Positions 1 through 14,391 are shown, counted from the stretch's first letter. The stretch: DNA of 64,000 bases from Eledone cirrhosa (GCA_964016885.1 OZ024741.1:89714001-89778000), one strand, 5' to 3'. Program-made: numbers and translations. The notes: generated by a model not told the origin, from the sequence alone.

Positions 1-73
1 CATACTCTGCTCTGTAAGAGCATAGAGTGCTCAACCGGCATACCGCCTATAGAAGCATCATAGCTATCATCAG

Positions 74-169
<96 letters not shown>

Positions 170-879
170 TTATATATATATGGATGAGTCAGGACCCCGG
201 TGGTTGAACTCTTGCCATTTCAACTGCGTCGGGATCCTGGCTCATTCATATAACCATACTCTAATACCCCAAGTACCGTGTACTCTTGTGAGTAATGGTC
301 TAACCAGTTTCTTACTGAATCCATCTTGATATATATATATCGCCGTCGCTGTTGAATGTTTCTCAATATTTACTTCGCTTCACCGTTTCCCGGCTCTATT
401 CACCTCCAGTGACTCCACACTTCGTAGTTCAACTGTTTGTGGTTCTACCGCATATCGTCGTACTCAAAGACAAGCAGTTTCTCTTGCGGCCATACCATGA
501 CACGAGACAATGCTACGATCATATTTCCTACTGCCTCCCTTTCTCTACAGCGTTGTGTGACTGTTTCTGGATGTATATGTATGTATGTGTACGCAGAATT
601 TCATATACAGTTTTTGTACACCCCTTACGTTGGTCAATTCACGCGAGTACGCTCACTCACATCTCTACACTCTCACAGTTACCAGTTCCGTTGCGGTCCG
701 ATGCCCATCACTCACACCTTTGCACAGACAAACGAACAAATCTACACACGCTCACACATACACACACATATGCGCACACTCGTCCACTCAAAATATTCTA
801 TGATCATTACTCATTTTTAAACCTCTCTAATACCTAAGATCCCTACTGACAATCATTTCCCCAAAATGGCTGACTGAAT

Positions 880-1080
880 ACACATGTCTTTTTTCCCCCA
901 AACATGCTTTCTGTTCCTTCCTCTTTTCACTCTCTATCTTACTATTTCATCTTTTATTTCTTATTCTATCATCTTATGAAGGACTAGTATCCGAAAGTTA
1001 GAGATTCATTTCCTACTATACCAAGCGTTAAACTAATATATTTCTTCATTGTACTGTGTTGTTATCGTTTATCTTTTGCA
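880..1080 (+). mobile_element. Short dispersed element end (possible Penelope pseudo-LTR) with degenerate hammerhead-like motif
   Basis: Reverse-complement similarity to 40305-40540 and 41352-41420. Contains CTTATGA-aggactagtatcc-GAAA at about 973-996; the copy at 40393-40428 reads TCGATGA-agtactagtatcc-GAAA. Both cores are mutated. Confidence 0.45.
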
Positions 1081-1139
1081 TATACACACACACGCACGCG
1101 CACACATATATAGACACACATACACACGCACGCATGCAT

Positions 1140-1200
<61 letters not shown>

Positions 1201-1259
1201 TATATGGGGAAGTACCTCAGCATGGTCTCAGTCGAATAACCGAAACCAGTAAATGAAAA

Positions 1260-1305
<46 letters not shown>

Positions 1306-1624
1306 AAACAAAATGAAAACGAAATTTCATTTCTCACTCTTAGTATGGCACTTACTTAAATGTAAGTATGCATGTATACGTACATACATATATGTATACA
1401 GACGTACAGTAGCATGCACATATATATATATATATGCATACAGGTACACATACATATAATATATTTAATACAATAACAGAGATAGCTTAAAGCTAAACTC
1501 CGACTGGTAACCATCTCACTCAACAAACATTAGGTTATATGTTAGTATAAACCCAATTTAAGTGTTTGGGGTGCTAACTATATGTATTTTGTGGAAAGCC
1601 AGTTGTATTATTATATATATATAT

Positions 1625-2033
<409 letters not shown>

Positions 2034-2709
2034 CCTTCTGGATTATCTCCCTTTCCCTTCTCACTTTTGGTTGCCCGTGTCTCTCTCACTTTCTCCTATC
2101 TATGCGAGAGGCAGCACGATTATACCAGCTCAGAGTCGTAGCTGACCACCAGGCTAAAGTCTCCCAGGCTGGCCACAATTTACTTTCCCTATTTTTCCAC
2201 GGTTACTTTTTTGCCTGTTTCTTTCATCTGTGTCTTCCCACGATGGGATCTGCACACTATTTCTTCTATTGCTTTCCTAATTTTCCTCTTCTTCCTCTCT
2301 CCTCATCCTTTTCCCCCCTGTTCTTCCTCCTTTACTTCTCTTTCCTTTTCTCCCTCCCTTTTTTCTCTCTCTTTCTCTCTCCTTTTCCACTTGGCCTTTT
2401 GATTAATAAAACGCCTCGGATGCACCCGAACTACACCAATGTCCTGTAATTCAGCGCCGAAACATCGGTTCGGGAAACATTTACAGCTGACGATGGAAAC
2501 TCCTTTCTTCCTTTCTCCTCCTGTTCCGTCCTAACCACCAACCTAAACCTTGTTTTTAGTAACCACACAGCTCCTTTCGTTTCATAACTTTATATATATA
2601 TATATAGTAATAATAATAAAATTGAAGACTAAAATCCAAAGAGGGCTCGATAAGGATAAATATATATCAAATATATAAGAACCGTAGAGTAAATATTTAT
2701 TAAAATAAC

Positions 2710-2816
<107 letters not shown>

Positions 2817-3867
2817 TAGAGAGAGAGATAGATAGATACTTATTTATTGATTTAGGTCGCACTAGCATAACGTTTTTCGTCATAGGGTTGTATATAAAAA
2901 CATATACGATATGTTTACGTATAATAAACATACGGGAGTCTTCAGTTTCTGTTATGTTTAGAGCTTGTTTACGTAAAGATAACATGCAAAAGAAAAATTG
3001 CTACCAGTCCAATCTAAAACGGAAAATGACTTTTGCGCTATCTAGTATAGTCAATATAACCGACAATCAATATAATATAACCTAAACATGTGTAGTCGTG
3101 TGTGTGTCAATATTAGAAACCCTTGTCTTAATACACCCGTGCCAAGTCTGTGCGGTGAGACAATTCTTCCCCTGGATAGAAAGATAATCAACGATGAAAC
3201 TTTACTCTGCCATCTTAAAAATGGTATGAAACTTTGGATGATATAGAACGAGATACACTATGCCTGACCCCCCCCCCCCCAAAAAAAAAAACAACAACAT
3301 AAAACAAACAAACAAACAACAACAAAAAACAAACAAAAAGAAAACAAAGAAAGAAACAAAAGATGGTCAGGCTTGGAATGTCTTTGATCATATGTCGATT
3401 AATTCAGATGACCTGGGACTAACTACTACCACCACCAACAACATCAAAAAGAAAAACAACAACAAGAACAAAACAAATCAACAACTGACAGTAGTGAGCT
3501 TTATTTCCCTGAGTGACATTCATAATTAAATGAACTGGTGGTGGCGGTGTTGTTTGTTGTGTGGGAGATGTTAGGTCCTTGATATTTAAATATAATTGCC
3601 AGCTAGGACATAATTTATACACACCAACACAGGTGCACTCCTGAAGACTGTTGCTTATGGCATATTCCTGACAATAACATCTAGGTATTTACACAATCAA
3701 ACAAGCGAATAAACTTAGTAAAAAAAAAACCTGTTGTTCTGCTTCATTTGGGAAATTTAAAAAAGGCATTGGATGTAAGAAACGTCAAGTAGTTTAACCC
3801 GGCGTAAAGAAAACAGTTTGCTCGGGCTACAGTACAGTGTTGGATTCCAGTCGGTTACCATGACGAG

Positions 3868-4160
3868 TATTACAGTTGTTCGATCAACGGAACAGCCTCT
3901 CCGTGAAATTAACGCGTAAGTAATTGAAAATTCCACTGACACGTGTACCTTCAACACAGTTAATTCTCAGAGAGATTTAGCATGACACATCTGTGATGGC
4001 TGGTCCTATTAATAATATGGATAACTTATTTTTTACAATTGAGTGGACTAGAGCAACTTGAAATAAAGTGTCTTGCCTAAGAATACAATGCGCCGCTGAA
4101 AATCGAATTCACGATCATGAGCCGAACACCATAACCACTAAGTCACACACCTCCACACTA
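3868..4160 (-). mobile_element. SINE, second family (tRNA-like head)
   Basis: Shares gagtggactagagcaac..aaataaagtgtcttgc and gacacgtgtacc..ttctcag motifs with 51700-51960, 60810-61050 and the + strand copy at 56716-56990. Confidence 0.6.
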
Positions 4161-5381
4161 CAAGATTGCACCAAACAGAATAACATAATGTCGGATGAAT
4201 CAGCTAGGGTGGAGTCTGTGGTTTACTCATTGGAGCACAAATTGCCTCATATCATATATCACTATGTTGAAACGGAGTCATTTTATAATGTGTCTAAAAA
4301 AAGACAAGGTACCCACAGCTAAAAGGATTTTGATGACATGTCTGTATGGTCAGGCGTGAGGCTAAACAACAACAATGAGCTGACGATATGTCCACTACAC
4401 GATCACTCAATCTACAAGAGATAGCAACAAATCTCCTTCAAAACCACATCTTACTGTCTTGAATAAAGAATACATTCGATAAGGCAGTCTTTGATATAAA
4501 AAAAGACATGGTGATCATGGCTGGAACGACTTTGATAATAGGTTTGCTGGTTCTGGGTTAATCATCCACTTTATGGCGAAATGCGCAGTGTAGTTCTCAA
4601 CTAAGCGACGAAGGCATGGTATATTCATAGGTAGTTGTCCAGCCAACTATCTATGAAGACTGGAGTTTTGGAAAGGCTGATGTCATATTCCAGCCTATAA
4701 CATCTACTAATCTCCCTCCAGAAATAACAGTCGAATTTCTCTCAAATTACAACCTACTGCCCTAAATATAGCATGTTAAGGCTTTACACCGGCTTCCTGC
4801 AAAATGGCATTTAAGATCCTACTGCTGACATGCAAAGCTGTACATTGGCTTCTTCTCAATATATTGATGAACTGCTTTATGAAAAAGAGTCACCAAGTAT
4901 ACGTTTCTATATGTTTGGTACCACGTCCGAAACTTTTGGTACGTTTTAGAGATTATAGTTGCATTGCGAATTTGGGTTAATTGGTATTCTAAAATCATCA
5001 TTTAATGATTTACCATTCATCAGTTATAACGACATTTACGTCGAGAAGCAACCCATTAGATTTGCCCGTCAGATTTCACTTGATACCAATACTCTTCTGT
5101 GTATTATTTCAAATCGGTAGCCAACCATCTTCTGTATTATCCTGGTAGCCAATAATAACTCACTATTTGCTCACAGCCAATTAGTGGACGTTTTACTTGA
5201 ATAGTTTCCGCTTACAATACACAAGGACATCTAAATATAGATAGATTAAGGAGAATTCTTGGAAGACAACCATATCCGTTCAGTTTAAGTAGTTTTGTCA
5301 CGGCGTGCAATGTGCTTTGGTAGTATCATCTTTCAATATCTGAACTGTCTTGCTTTTTTTTAGAAACATTTTGAACCCACC

Positions 5382-5810
5382 ATGTGTGGAAAAAAGGTGA
5401 ATACAGAATATCACTCTGATAGTGACGAAAATAACACTCCTCAGAAAAGAAAAACTGAAATCCACTTTCTCTGAAAGAAAAATTCCGTCAAAATTATTAA
5501 ACGATGAGAATTTTTTTTATCGTGGCTGGAAGTGAGTAAGAAGAACGCAGGTATGGGCTACTGTAAATTGTGTAATTGTGAGATAGCTGGTAGGTTAAGT
5601 CAAATAGTAAGGCATGAAGAGACAGAAAAAACCCCAAAAGAATGAGAAAGTAGCGAAACAAACAGTGAAGGTGACATATTTCATAAAGCCTGTTCAATGA
5701 TCTGCTCACTTAACGAAAATAGCACTAGCTGAGCTAAAACTGTGCGGATTTATTGCTGAGCACAACCTATCCATTGCTGCTTTTGATCATTTGCCTAGAA
5801 CTATACAACA
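5382..5810 (+). pseudogene. hAT-superfamily transposase N-terminal fragment
   Basis: Manual translation across frameshifts: WLEVSKKNAGMGYCKLCNCEIAGRLSQIVRHEETEK (zinc-finger-like) then AELKLCGFIAEHNLSIAAFDHL, a motif typical of hAT transposases. Confidence 0.65.
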
Positions 5811-6219
5811 ACCCAGGGTTAGAAAACCGTCGGATCGATTGCATCTTTAATTTAAAGGGTAGCTTTAGCACACTCTATGACACACTGAATCTCTCTGGGA
5901 ATTACGTTGTTAGTACACTTCACGAGCAATCTGTTCCGTTAATCAAACATTGAACAACTGGAACAGAACATTGTCAAAACAGACGGAGGTTCATTCCATT
6001 TGCGCGTGTATTTGTAATGTTTGATGCGTGTAAATAGGTTTGTAATTAAATGTGTCAAAAGTAGAAATTTATTTGTGTATGTATGTATCGGTTAATAGTG
6101 TGCTAATTGATATAAATATTAATTAACAGTGTGTGTGTGAGTTATGCATTTAATCTGAGTGGATATGTATTCATCAATCATGTGTTTATATTAACTCTAC
6201 GTTCAAGAATGTAAAAAAT

Positions 6220-6301
<82 letters not shown>

Positions 6302-6654
6302 ACACACGTATGTGTGTTTGTGTGTGCTAGCGTTACTTTTTATATCGCGTTTTTTTTTTTAATTATAATCGTTGTGGTTACTTCGCCCCAAACCAGCTCT
6401 GATTGAACAGATCTTTGAACAAAGACATTACAGCCAGGATCTAGGGCGACAGGGAACAATTTGAGGGAGATTTGACTGCTATACCTACCCCGTTCAGTGA
6501 TGACCTAGACTTTACCTTTTTTATTTGTATTCAAATTGTTTGTTGTGGTTATTGCAGTGATCGTTTTAACATGGGGTTTACTCTTGTTTGTGTAATTCTA
6601 AATCTAATTTTATGTAACAAGTTTACATTTTGTGTTAAATACTACATGCGATGA

Positions 6655-7470
6655 CGTAGTCTTGGTTGTCCATCGTAAACGATGATGACATCTTCTTTAT
6701 TTTAGTTCCCGTCTGCCGTGGGCACGAAGGTGGCTGTGGAGGCCGATCCTTGACTTGCAGGTCCGGTGACAGTGGGGGCAGGGGAAGAGACCGGAGTCGC
6801 TTGGAGCAGCTGCTGATGTCTTTCTCCTCCTTTCACGGGCCTCAGTGACTTCTGCCCGTCTCTTCTCTTCAAAAGAGTCTTTGGCGCGTCCGGTAAGGGC
6901 TCGCCATTCAGTCCTGTCCTGAGCATGGGACTCGAGTTATTTTGGGGCGATTCCAGTGTTGTTGAAGCTGAACTTCACGCAGTCTTTGACATCTTGAGAG
7001 GCCTGCCCTGCTTTCGTTTCCCCGAACAGAGTTCCCCATACATCAGTTGCTTCGGAAGCCTGTGATCGTCCATCCGGATGACATGTCCCACCCATCGAAG
7101 TTGGCTCTTCAGTATCATAACTTCGACACTGGTTGTCTCAGCCATGTCAAGAACTTCGAGGTTGGAGACCTTGTCCTGCCATTTGATGTTCATGATTGAC
7201 CGCAGGCTGCGCATGTGGAACCGTTACAGCTGCTTTAGGTGCCTTCTGTACAGGGTCCATGTCTCACATCCGTAGAGGAGGCTGGTGAGAACAACGGCCC
7301 TGTACACCTTCAGCTTGGTGGACTGCCTGATGTTGTGCTAGTTCAGGACGCGTGTCGTCAGGCGGCCAAGGGCTTGACTGGCCTTGCAGATCCTGGCGTT
7401 TATCTCCTCGTCGAGGCTTCCATCGCTGCTGATGACACTGCCGAGGTACTTGAAGTCGTCCACAATAGTT
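6655..7470 (-). mobile_element. RTE-clade LINE, 5'-truncated 3' fragment
   Basis: FKYLGSVIS..LYGCETWTLY..IKWQDKVSN..QLRWVGHVIRMDDHRLPKQLMYGEL..GRP, then C-terminal CPHCHRTCKSRIGLHSHLRAH. Stops and frameshifts present. Confidence 0.9.
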
Positions 7471-7659
7471 AAAAGTCAAAACACTTTTATAATTTTATAA
7501 ATAACCATTACAAATGCTGTTCAGACTCAGAGAATATCAAACACTGGGACACGACACATGCTTCAAGGATTTGTGCAGTTTAAACATTTTCTTCAAATGA
7601 GCCCCGAGATAACTTCCTTTCTCCCTCTTTTTCTCTGTCCTTCCCACAAGTCTCGGAGA

Positions 7660-7918
<259 letters not shown>

Positions 7919-8145
7919 TACTTAGGGTAGTAGAGTGGGTAATAGAAAAATGTTTAACCCCGACGGCAGAGCTCAAGCCGTTTCGACGGCTATTTCTGAA
8001 CTGCTTAGTCCAGAAATAGCCGTCGAAACGGCTTGAGCTCTGCCGTCGGGGTTAAACATTTTTCTATTACCCACTCTACTACCCTAAGTATTGAGTACTC
8101 TGGTGCGTTATGGTCCATCTGGTTCTTTACCACACCTCCTTCGTT
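7919..8145 (+). mobile_element. Family C fold-back element carrying the 3' half of a hammerhead
   Basis: Perfect arms 7919-7998 and 8011-8090. GAAA-cggc-ttgagctct-gccg-TC-gggg at 8025-8051 (stem III, GUC triplet). Second copy at 50820-51016. Confidence 0.65.
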
Positions 8146-8775
8146 ATATATATATATATCTATATATCTGTATATATCTGTATATATCTGTATATATATA
8201 TATAGACACATATATATACAGACACATACAGAGTAACACACACACATACATACACGTATACCTTTTACTATATAAACATTTACCCACCTTCCAACACTAT
8301 CATCGCATTTCTTAACACAACAAATAAAAACGGTCCAAATAAGACATTCCAAAAGATTTCACCAGTGAGTGAGGGCAGAGGAGAGCGATAAAAACTAATC
8401 TAAAAAAATAAAAAGAAACAATATAAATAAAAAGGAGTAGGGGTTGGTCGGCTTGAGGGTAAGAGCATAATCCCTTATCCTTCCAAAACTCCCCCATATA
8501 CACTTAACAGAAAGGGCCAGGCAAAGTTCAGAGAGAGGAAGCAGTTCACGACCTTTCATCGTACCCGCTCCCCACTTTTCCTCACCACACCAGTTCTACT
8601 GACCGCTACTCCTCTCCTCTCATTACCTAGCTAGAGCCACCCCATTCTTGATTTAACAAGTAGAGAGTATGTACGTAGTTGCTCGATCTGCTAAAAGCAG
8701 CAGCCCAATTCTCTCAATTCACTCCTGATAAGACACGGTAAACAACGCATATATTATATATGGTTTCTTTATTTG

Positions 8776-9126
<351 letters not shown>

Positions 9127-9281
9127 TAGATAGATATACACGGGTGTGTATGATTGTGTATAGAAGATTATATTAATAAAAGGAATTCCAACTTTGTCTG
9201 ATTTACTCGTTTTATTTACAATCCTTTAAAATTTATAATGGTATTATAATGAAATAGATTGATAGAATGTTAAGTGTTAAT

Positions 9282-9320
9282 TGAACAAGTACTTTCATGC
9301 TTTCGCAATCTTCAGGTTCA
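9282..9320 (-). ncRNA. Minimal 39-nt type I hammerhead motif
   Basis: tgaac-CTGAAGA-t-tgc-gaaa-gca-t-GAAA-gtac-TT-gttca. Stem I is 5 bp, stem II has a GNRA loop, stem III is palindromic. Confidence 0.8.
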
Positions 9321-9354
9321 TAATGTGTGGTGACAGTCAAGTTTACAATATATA

Positions 9355-10148
9355 TGCTCAGCCGTTAATATGCATAAGGAAAGTATATGCTTTCAGACGT
9401 TCAATCATCTGGCAGGAAGGTATACGTTGCTGACGATAGCTAATAAGCTTGAAACTAGTACAGCATTCCTTTGTCAGTGTTGAACAAATGAGCAACGATG
9501 GTTGCTAGACACTGTACGGCTTAATTCGGGATGTTTGTTTACAAACACACCGAGCATTATAATAAATGTTCGGTGAATCCATACGTACATATATATATAT
9601 GTGTGCAGCATGTATGTATATATATACATTCTACTGTACGTCTGTATACATATATGTATGTACGTATACATACTTATATTTAAGTAACAGCCGTACTAAG
9701 AGTGAGAAATGAAATTTCGTTTCATTTTTTCAGTTTATCGTTTTCGATGCGCCCGGCCGATTAACTCACTCAATATGCAAATTAGGCTGCTCAGCCGTTA
9801 ATATACATGAGGAAAATATATGCTTTCAGACGTTCAATCATTTGGCAGGAAGGTATACGTTGCTTACGATAGCTAATAAGCTTGAAACTAGTACAGCGTT
9901 CCTTTTTCAGTGTTGAACAAATGAGCAACGATGGTTGCTAGACACTGTACGGCTTAATTCGGGATGTTTGTTTACAAACACACCGAGCATTATAATAAAT
10001 GTTCGGTGAATCCATACGTACATATATATATATGTGTGCAGCATGTATGTATATATATACATTCTACTGTACGTCTGTATACATATCTGTATGTACGTGT
10101 ACATACTTATATTTAAGTAACAGCCGTACTAAGAGTGACAAATGAAGT
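9355..10148. repeat. Partial tandem direct repeat, about 365 bp, period about 433 bp
   Basis: 9355-9720 recurs at 9788-10148, directly upstream (on the - strand) of the 9282 HHR. Part also occurs inverted at about 1310-1410. Confidence 0.85.
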
Positions 10149-10478
10149 TTATCCCGGGTTCAATCGGGTGTAACCACAGTAAGTAAGGTACTCAATATAT
10201 AGCAGAGTATAAATATTTAATTAGGATGATCATTTCTCCCGAATGAAACAATTCTAGTCCTGTAGAAGCCATTCCTATATTAAATATATATAGGGATATT
10301 CAAGGACGATTTCTTAAACCTTCATTATACGGTTATTGATTGGTGACGTGCGTTTTGCTATTGATCAGCTCAAGGTTCGATCTATATCGATCTGGCCCGA
10401 CTCTGGAACCAAAAGCTCGTCGGACCTCTGCTGTTGTAACGACAGAATGAACATATAAAGCATAGAAATGTCTGTAAC

Positions 10479-10538
<60 letters not shown>

Positions 10539-10940
10539 TCGTCTGATGGTAGCTATGATGCTTCCATAGGCGGTATACCGGTTGAGCACTCTATGTTCTT
10601 ACAGAGCAGAGTGTGATATAATATAAAACGAAAAATGAGTGATGCATCTGAACTCAATTTATTGTTTCGCCGGCAGACAGCTCGAGACACGATTTGTATG
10701 GATCTGTCTGATTCTGGACCTGCAGGTTCGTCGGACACTTGCAATAATTTCGGATCAAATTTTCTCACTGGGGTGTTATCGTCAAAAAACATCTTCCTCG
10801 CTTGTCCTGCTGGTGGCTGTTGTTTTTCTACGTCATCATAAATTCTGGCCAATAGTTGCTGTCACACTGGCCATCAGCTGTCCCTCCACCTGACACACTT
10901 CAATGAATCCATGCTGGGTTTGGTATTTCAGAAGTCCGCT

Positions 10941-11050
<110 letters not shown>

Positions 11051-12034
11051 CACACACTAACATACACACACACACACGGACACAACCATATAATTAACAA
11101 CATACGCGTCCACAGACGCCTGCCTACATGCCCACGTACATCAGCTCTCACACACACACACGCACAAAACACACGCACACGCATAGATGCGCATACACAT
11201 GCATACGCGTATACCTACTCGTATACACAAACACGTACATACATATATATAGACACGCACATACACACACGTGTCCGTATATAAGGCACAAAGACAGACT
11301 CGCTCCCAAACACACATATATATGTATATGTACACACACATAAATGTACACACAAACAAGCCCTTATCCTACAGTAGGTGCACGTACACACACACACACA
11401 CACACATGCTCATATACACTCAAACAAATACGCGCCTAATATCTACATGCCCACGTACATCTACAAAGATACATAGATACATACATACATATATCTGTCC
11501 GTACTCAGATATGATATACTCACAGAGTCATATAAATCTACACAATGGGTCATACAGGGTCATCCATGAAAGGATGCATCTTGTTATACACATGCACAAA
11601 TATAAACAATGTAACCAAATACATACATCCATACACATACATGCATGTATACATATACACATATAAATAAATAAATAGTAAATAAAAAAAAAAATAAATG
11701 TATATATATATATATACACATACATATATATACACACACATACACGCACACATATATATATGTACATACACACACATACATACACATCTATAAAAAAACC
11801 TAAAATATACTAAAATATACATATAACGTCATACATTAAAAGATGTATCTTGTACTAAACATGCACAAATATAAACAGTATAATCATATACATACATCGA
11901 CACACATTCACATAACGTATACATAAATATCTCTCTACATACACACACATATATATATACACATACGCATACATATATACACACATATAAAAAAAATAAA
12001 ATAAATATACAATATATTAAAATATACATATAAC

Positions 12035-12218
12035 TGTTTCTACTTTAGGCACAAGGCCAGCAATTACCCAGTACATTACTGGTACTTTATTTTATCGACC
12101 CCGTAAGGATGAAAGGCAAAGTTAACCTCGGCGGGATTTGAACTCAGACTGTAAAGAGACGTAACTATGCTAGAAAGCATGGCGTCCGACCCTCTACCCA
12201 TACTGCCAATTCACCGCC
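12035..12218 (-). mobile_element. tRNA-derived SINE (main family)
   Basis: A box TGGCAGTATGGG, B box GAGTTCAAATCC, core ttgcctttcatccttacggggtcgataaaataaagtaccag. More than 12 copies in the window. Confidence 0.85.
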
Positions 12219-12719
12219 TAAAATATACATATAACGTCACATAGAGATATATAAAAAAAGAGAGAAGAAAGAAGAAGGGACGTGTCTGCGTATGATATAG
12301 TACATATGGGGAGTATGAGATGTACACTTGGACCTGTATACGGAACAAATAATATGTGTTCCAAAATGGAACACGCGGAGAGTATGTATTCTCGATTGAA
12401 AAGGTACACATGCCTGGGGGTGCGTAGCCCGGCCATACTGGAATATGTCACTGTGGTTGAGGTATGCTGTCCTATAGGTGTAAGGTATTTGACTGAAAGT
12501 CAGTGGAAACTGGGTCAACCTGTCCCGGCTCAGGCGATGTTCTTGCCTAGGGTGACGTGCAGAGTCGGGTATGCATCTTGGGTTATTTTGGTTTACCCCA
12601 CGGGGCATATATTGTTATCAGGGTATGGTGTCTGATCCCTTGAGCCCGTTTCGTCGCTCTGGTCGGCGCGTGCTCCGCCGCATTCCCGGTGGCTTCCACG
12701 CGGAGAGTGTGCACCTTCT

Positions 12720-12945
12720 CTAGTGTCTGCACGCCATGATAATTTCCGATTTCAGGTTGGCCGCATCATCCTTCAGTCTGACTATTTCCATGGCCTCGTA
12801 TAGGCATAGGCTACACTTTCTACTTCCAGCCGAGTATGCATTCGCGTGCCGAACGATACCAGTCAAGTCCCACACCAGGTTCGCTAGCCTAGTGGAGTGC
12901 CTCTTACTGCGGTCCTTGAAGGAGTTCGTGTGGTTATACATCCGC
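12720..12945 (-). pseudogene. Penelope-like element, GIY-YIG endonuclease C-terminal fragment
   Basis: NHTNSF..STRLANLVWDL..AYSAGSRKCSLCLYEAMEI..NLKSEIIMACRH matches the CxLCLxE..LNxxSE..CRH terminus of Penelope-like ORFs. Truncated at a (TA)n tract. Confidence 0.8.
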
Positions 12946-12950
12946 GATTT

Positions 12951-12981
<31 letters not shown>

Positions 12982-13051
12982 CGTTGTTTACCATGTCCTA
13001 TATATATATATATATATGAAAATGTGAAAAATTATTATTCGAGACCCGAGA

Positions 13052-13101
<50 letters not shown>

Positions 13102-13165
13102 TCTCGCGTCTCGAATAATAATTTTTCACATATATACATATATGTATATATATATATATATATAT

Positions 13166-13566
13166 AACCGGTAAAGTAAATAAGTAAATAAATAAATATT
13201 CTTAAAAGACTCCAGCTGCTTTTTCAATTTCTTTTCCTTATACTTTCACCCGTGTGGGACATCTCGTTTTTAAAAAAAAAGACTCATTTTCATATATATA
13301 TATATATAATAAGGAGTTGACGGACCCAGCATATTTATCAATGCCAGGACCGGTTGTATCTCAGCGTACTCCATGGGGAATGTAATATACATTCCTAGAG
13401 TATACACATAGTTATTCGCTTCAATACAACACACGTAAAACGGGTGCCCGGACTCGAGTTTCGGCTGCACTAATGCAGTAGTCTGCATATATTATGTAAC
13501 AATGCACAATCGGCTTATGCGGCTTCATCAGCGGGTATCGCCTAATCAATAACCAATCGATCGACA

Positions 13567-13663
<97 letters not shown>

Positions 13664-13784
13664 AAAATGAGTCTTTTTTTTAAAAAATGAGATGTCCAAC
13701 ACGGCTGAAAGTATAAGGAAAGAAATTGAAAAAGCAGCTGGAGTCTTTTAAGAATATTTATTATTTACTTATTTACTTTACCGG

Positions 13785-13787
<3 letters not shown>
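13166..13787. repeat. Inverted repeat (about 125-bp arms) enclosing a ribozyme-like insert and (TA)n
   Basis: 13166-13291 is the near reverse complement of 13662-13787. Confidence 0.85.
13447..13535 (-). ncRNA. Hammerhead-like motif with long or disrupted stem II
   Basis: cccg-CTGATGA-(about 60 nt)-GAAA-ctcgag-TC-cggg. Stem I and the palindromic stem III are good; the base of stem II does not pair. Confidence 0.45.
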
Positions 13788-13857
<70 letters not shown>

Positions 13858-13920
13858 TTCAAAAATATATATATATTAATTCAAAATATTAACAAGTATA
13901 GACATTCGTGTGATCAAGTA

Positions 13921-13987
13921 TATTTTATTATACATATTTCAGAGGTACTGAGCTATCTTCAACAGTACGTCCTCATCAGATAAAATA
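13921..13987 (-). ncRNA. Type I hammerhead motif (family D, left arm)
   Basis: tattttat-CTGATGA-gga-c-gtactg..cagtac-c-tct-GAAA-tatgta-TA-ataaaata. Confidence 0.8.
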
Positions 13988-14067
13988 AGATGATGCTTGA
14001 CATACCTTGACTAAGTAGATGGTTAAAATTCAGTCATTACTTAGTCAAGGTATGTCAAGCATCATCT

Positions 14068-14132
14068 TATTTTATCTGATGAGGACGTACTGTTGAAGAT
14101 AGCGCAGTGCCTCTGAAATATGTATAATAAAA
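14068..14132 (+). ncRNA. Type I hammerhead motif (family D, right arm)
   Basis: ttttat-CTGATGA-ggacgtactg..cagtgcctct-GAAA-tatgta-TA-ataaaa. Lies in the inverted repeat 13852-14017/14037-14181. Confidence 0.8.
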
Positions 14133-14285
14133 CATACTTGAACACACGAATGTCTATACTTGTTAATATTTAGAATTAATATTAATAACTCCGGAAAACC
14201 ACCACTGTGAAGTGCTTCTAATCTATTGTAAAACTTTATTCATTGATTTATTCATTGATTTATTCATTGAACCTTGTTTAACCTT

Positions 14286-14391
<106 letters not shown>

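Noticed and set aside
1-75. Hammerhead on - (CTGATGA near 66-72), also at 10543 on +
   Set aside because: The repeat is real, but no GAAA follows the putative stem II in either copy.
27-329. HT, YI, CV, YVCM and RE repeat ORFs here and throughout the window
   Set aside because: Translations of (CA)n, (TA)n, (ATGT)n and (GA)n microsatellites.
10553-10893. Host exon
   Set aside because: No recognisable domain; partly duplicated at 10360-10450 and joined to a repeat also seen at 1-75.
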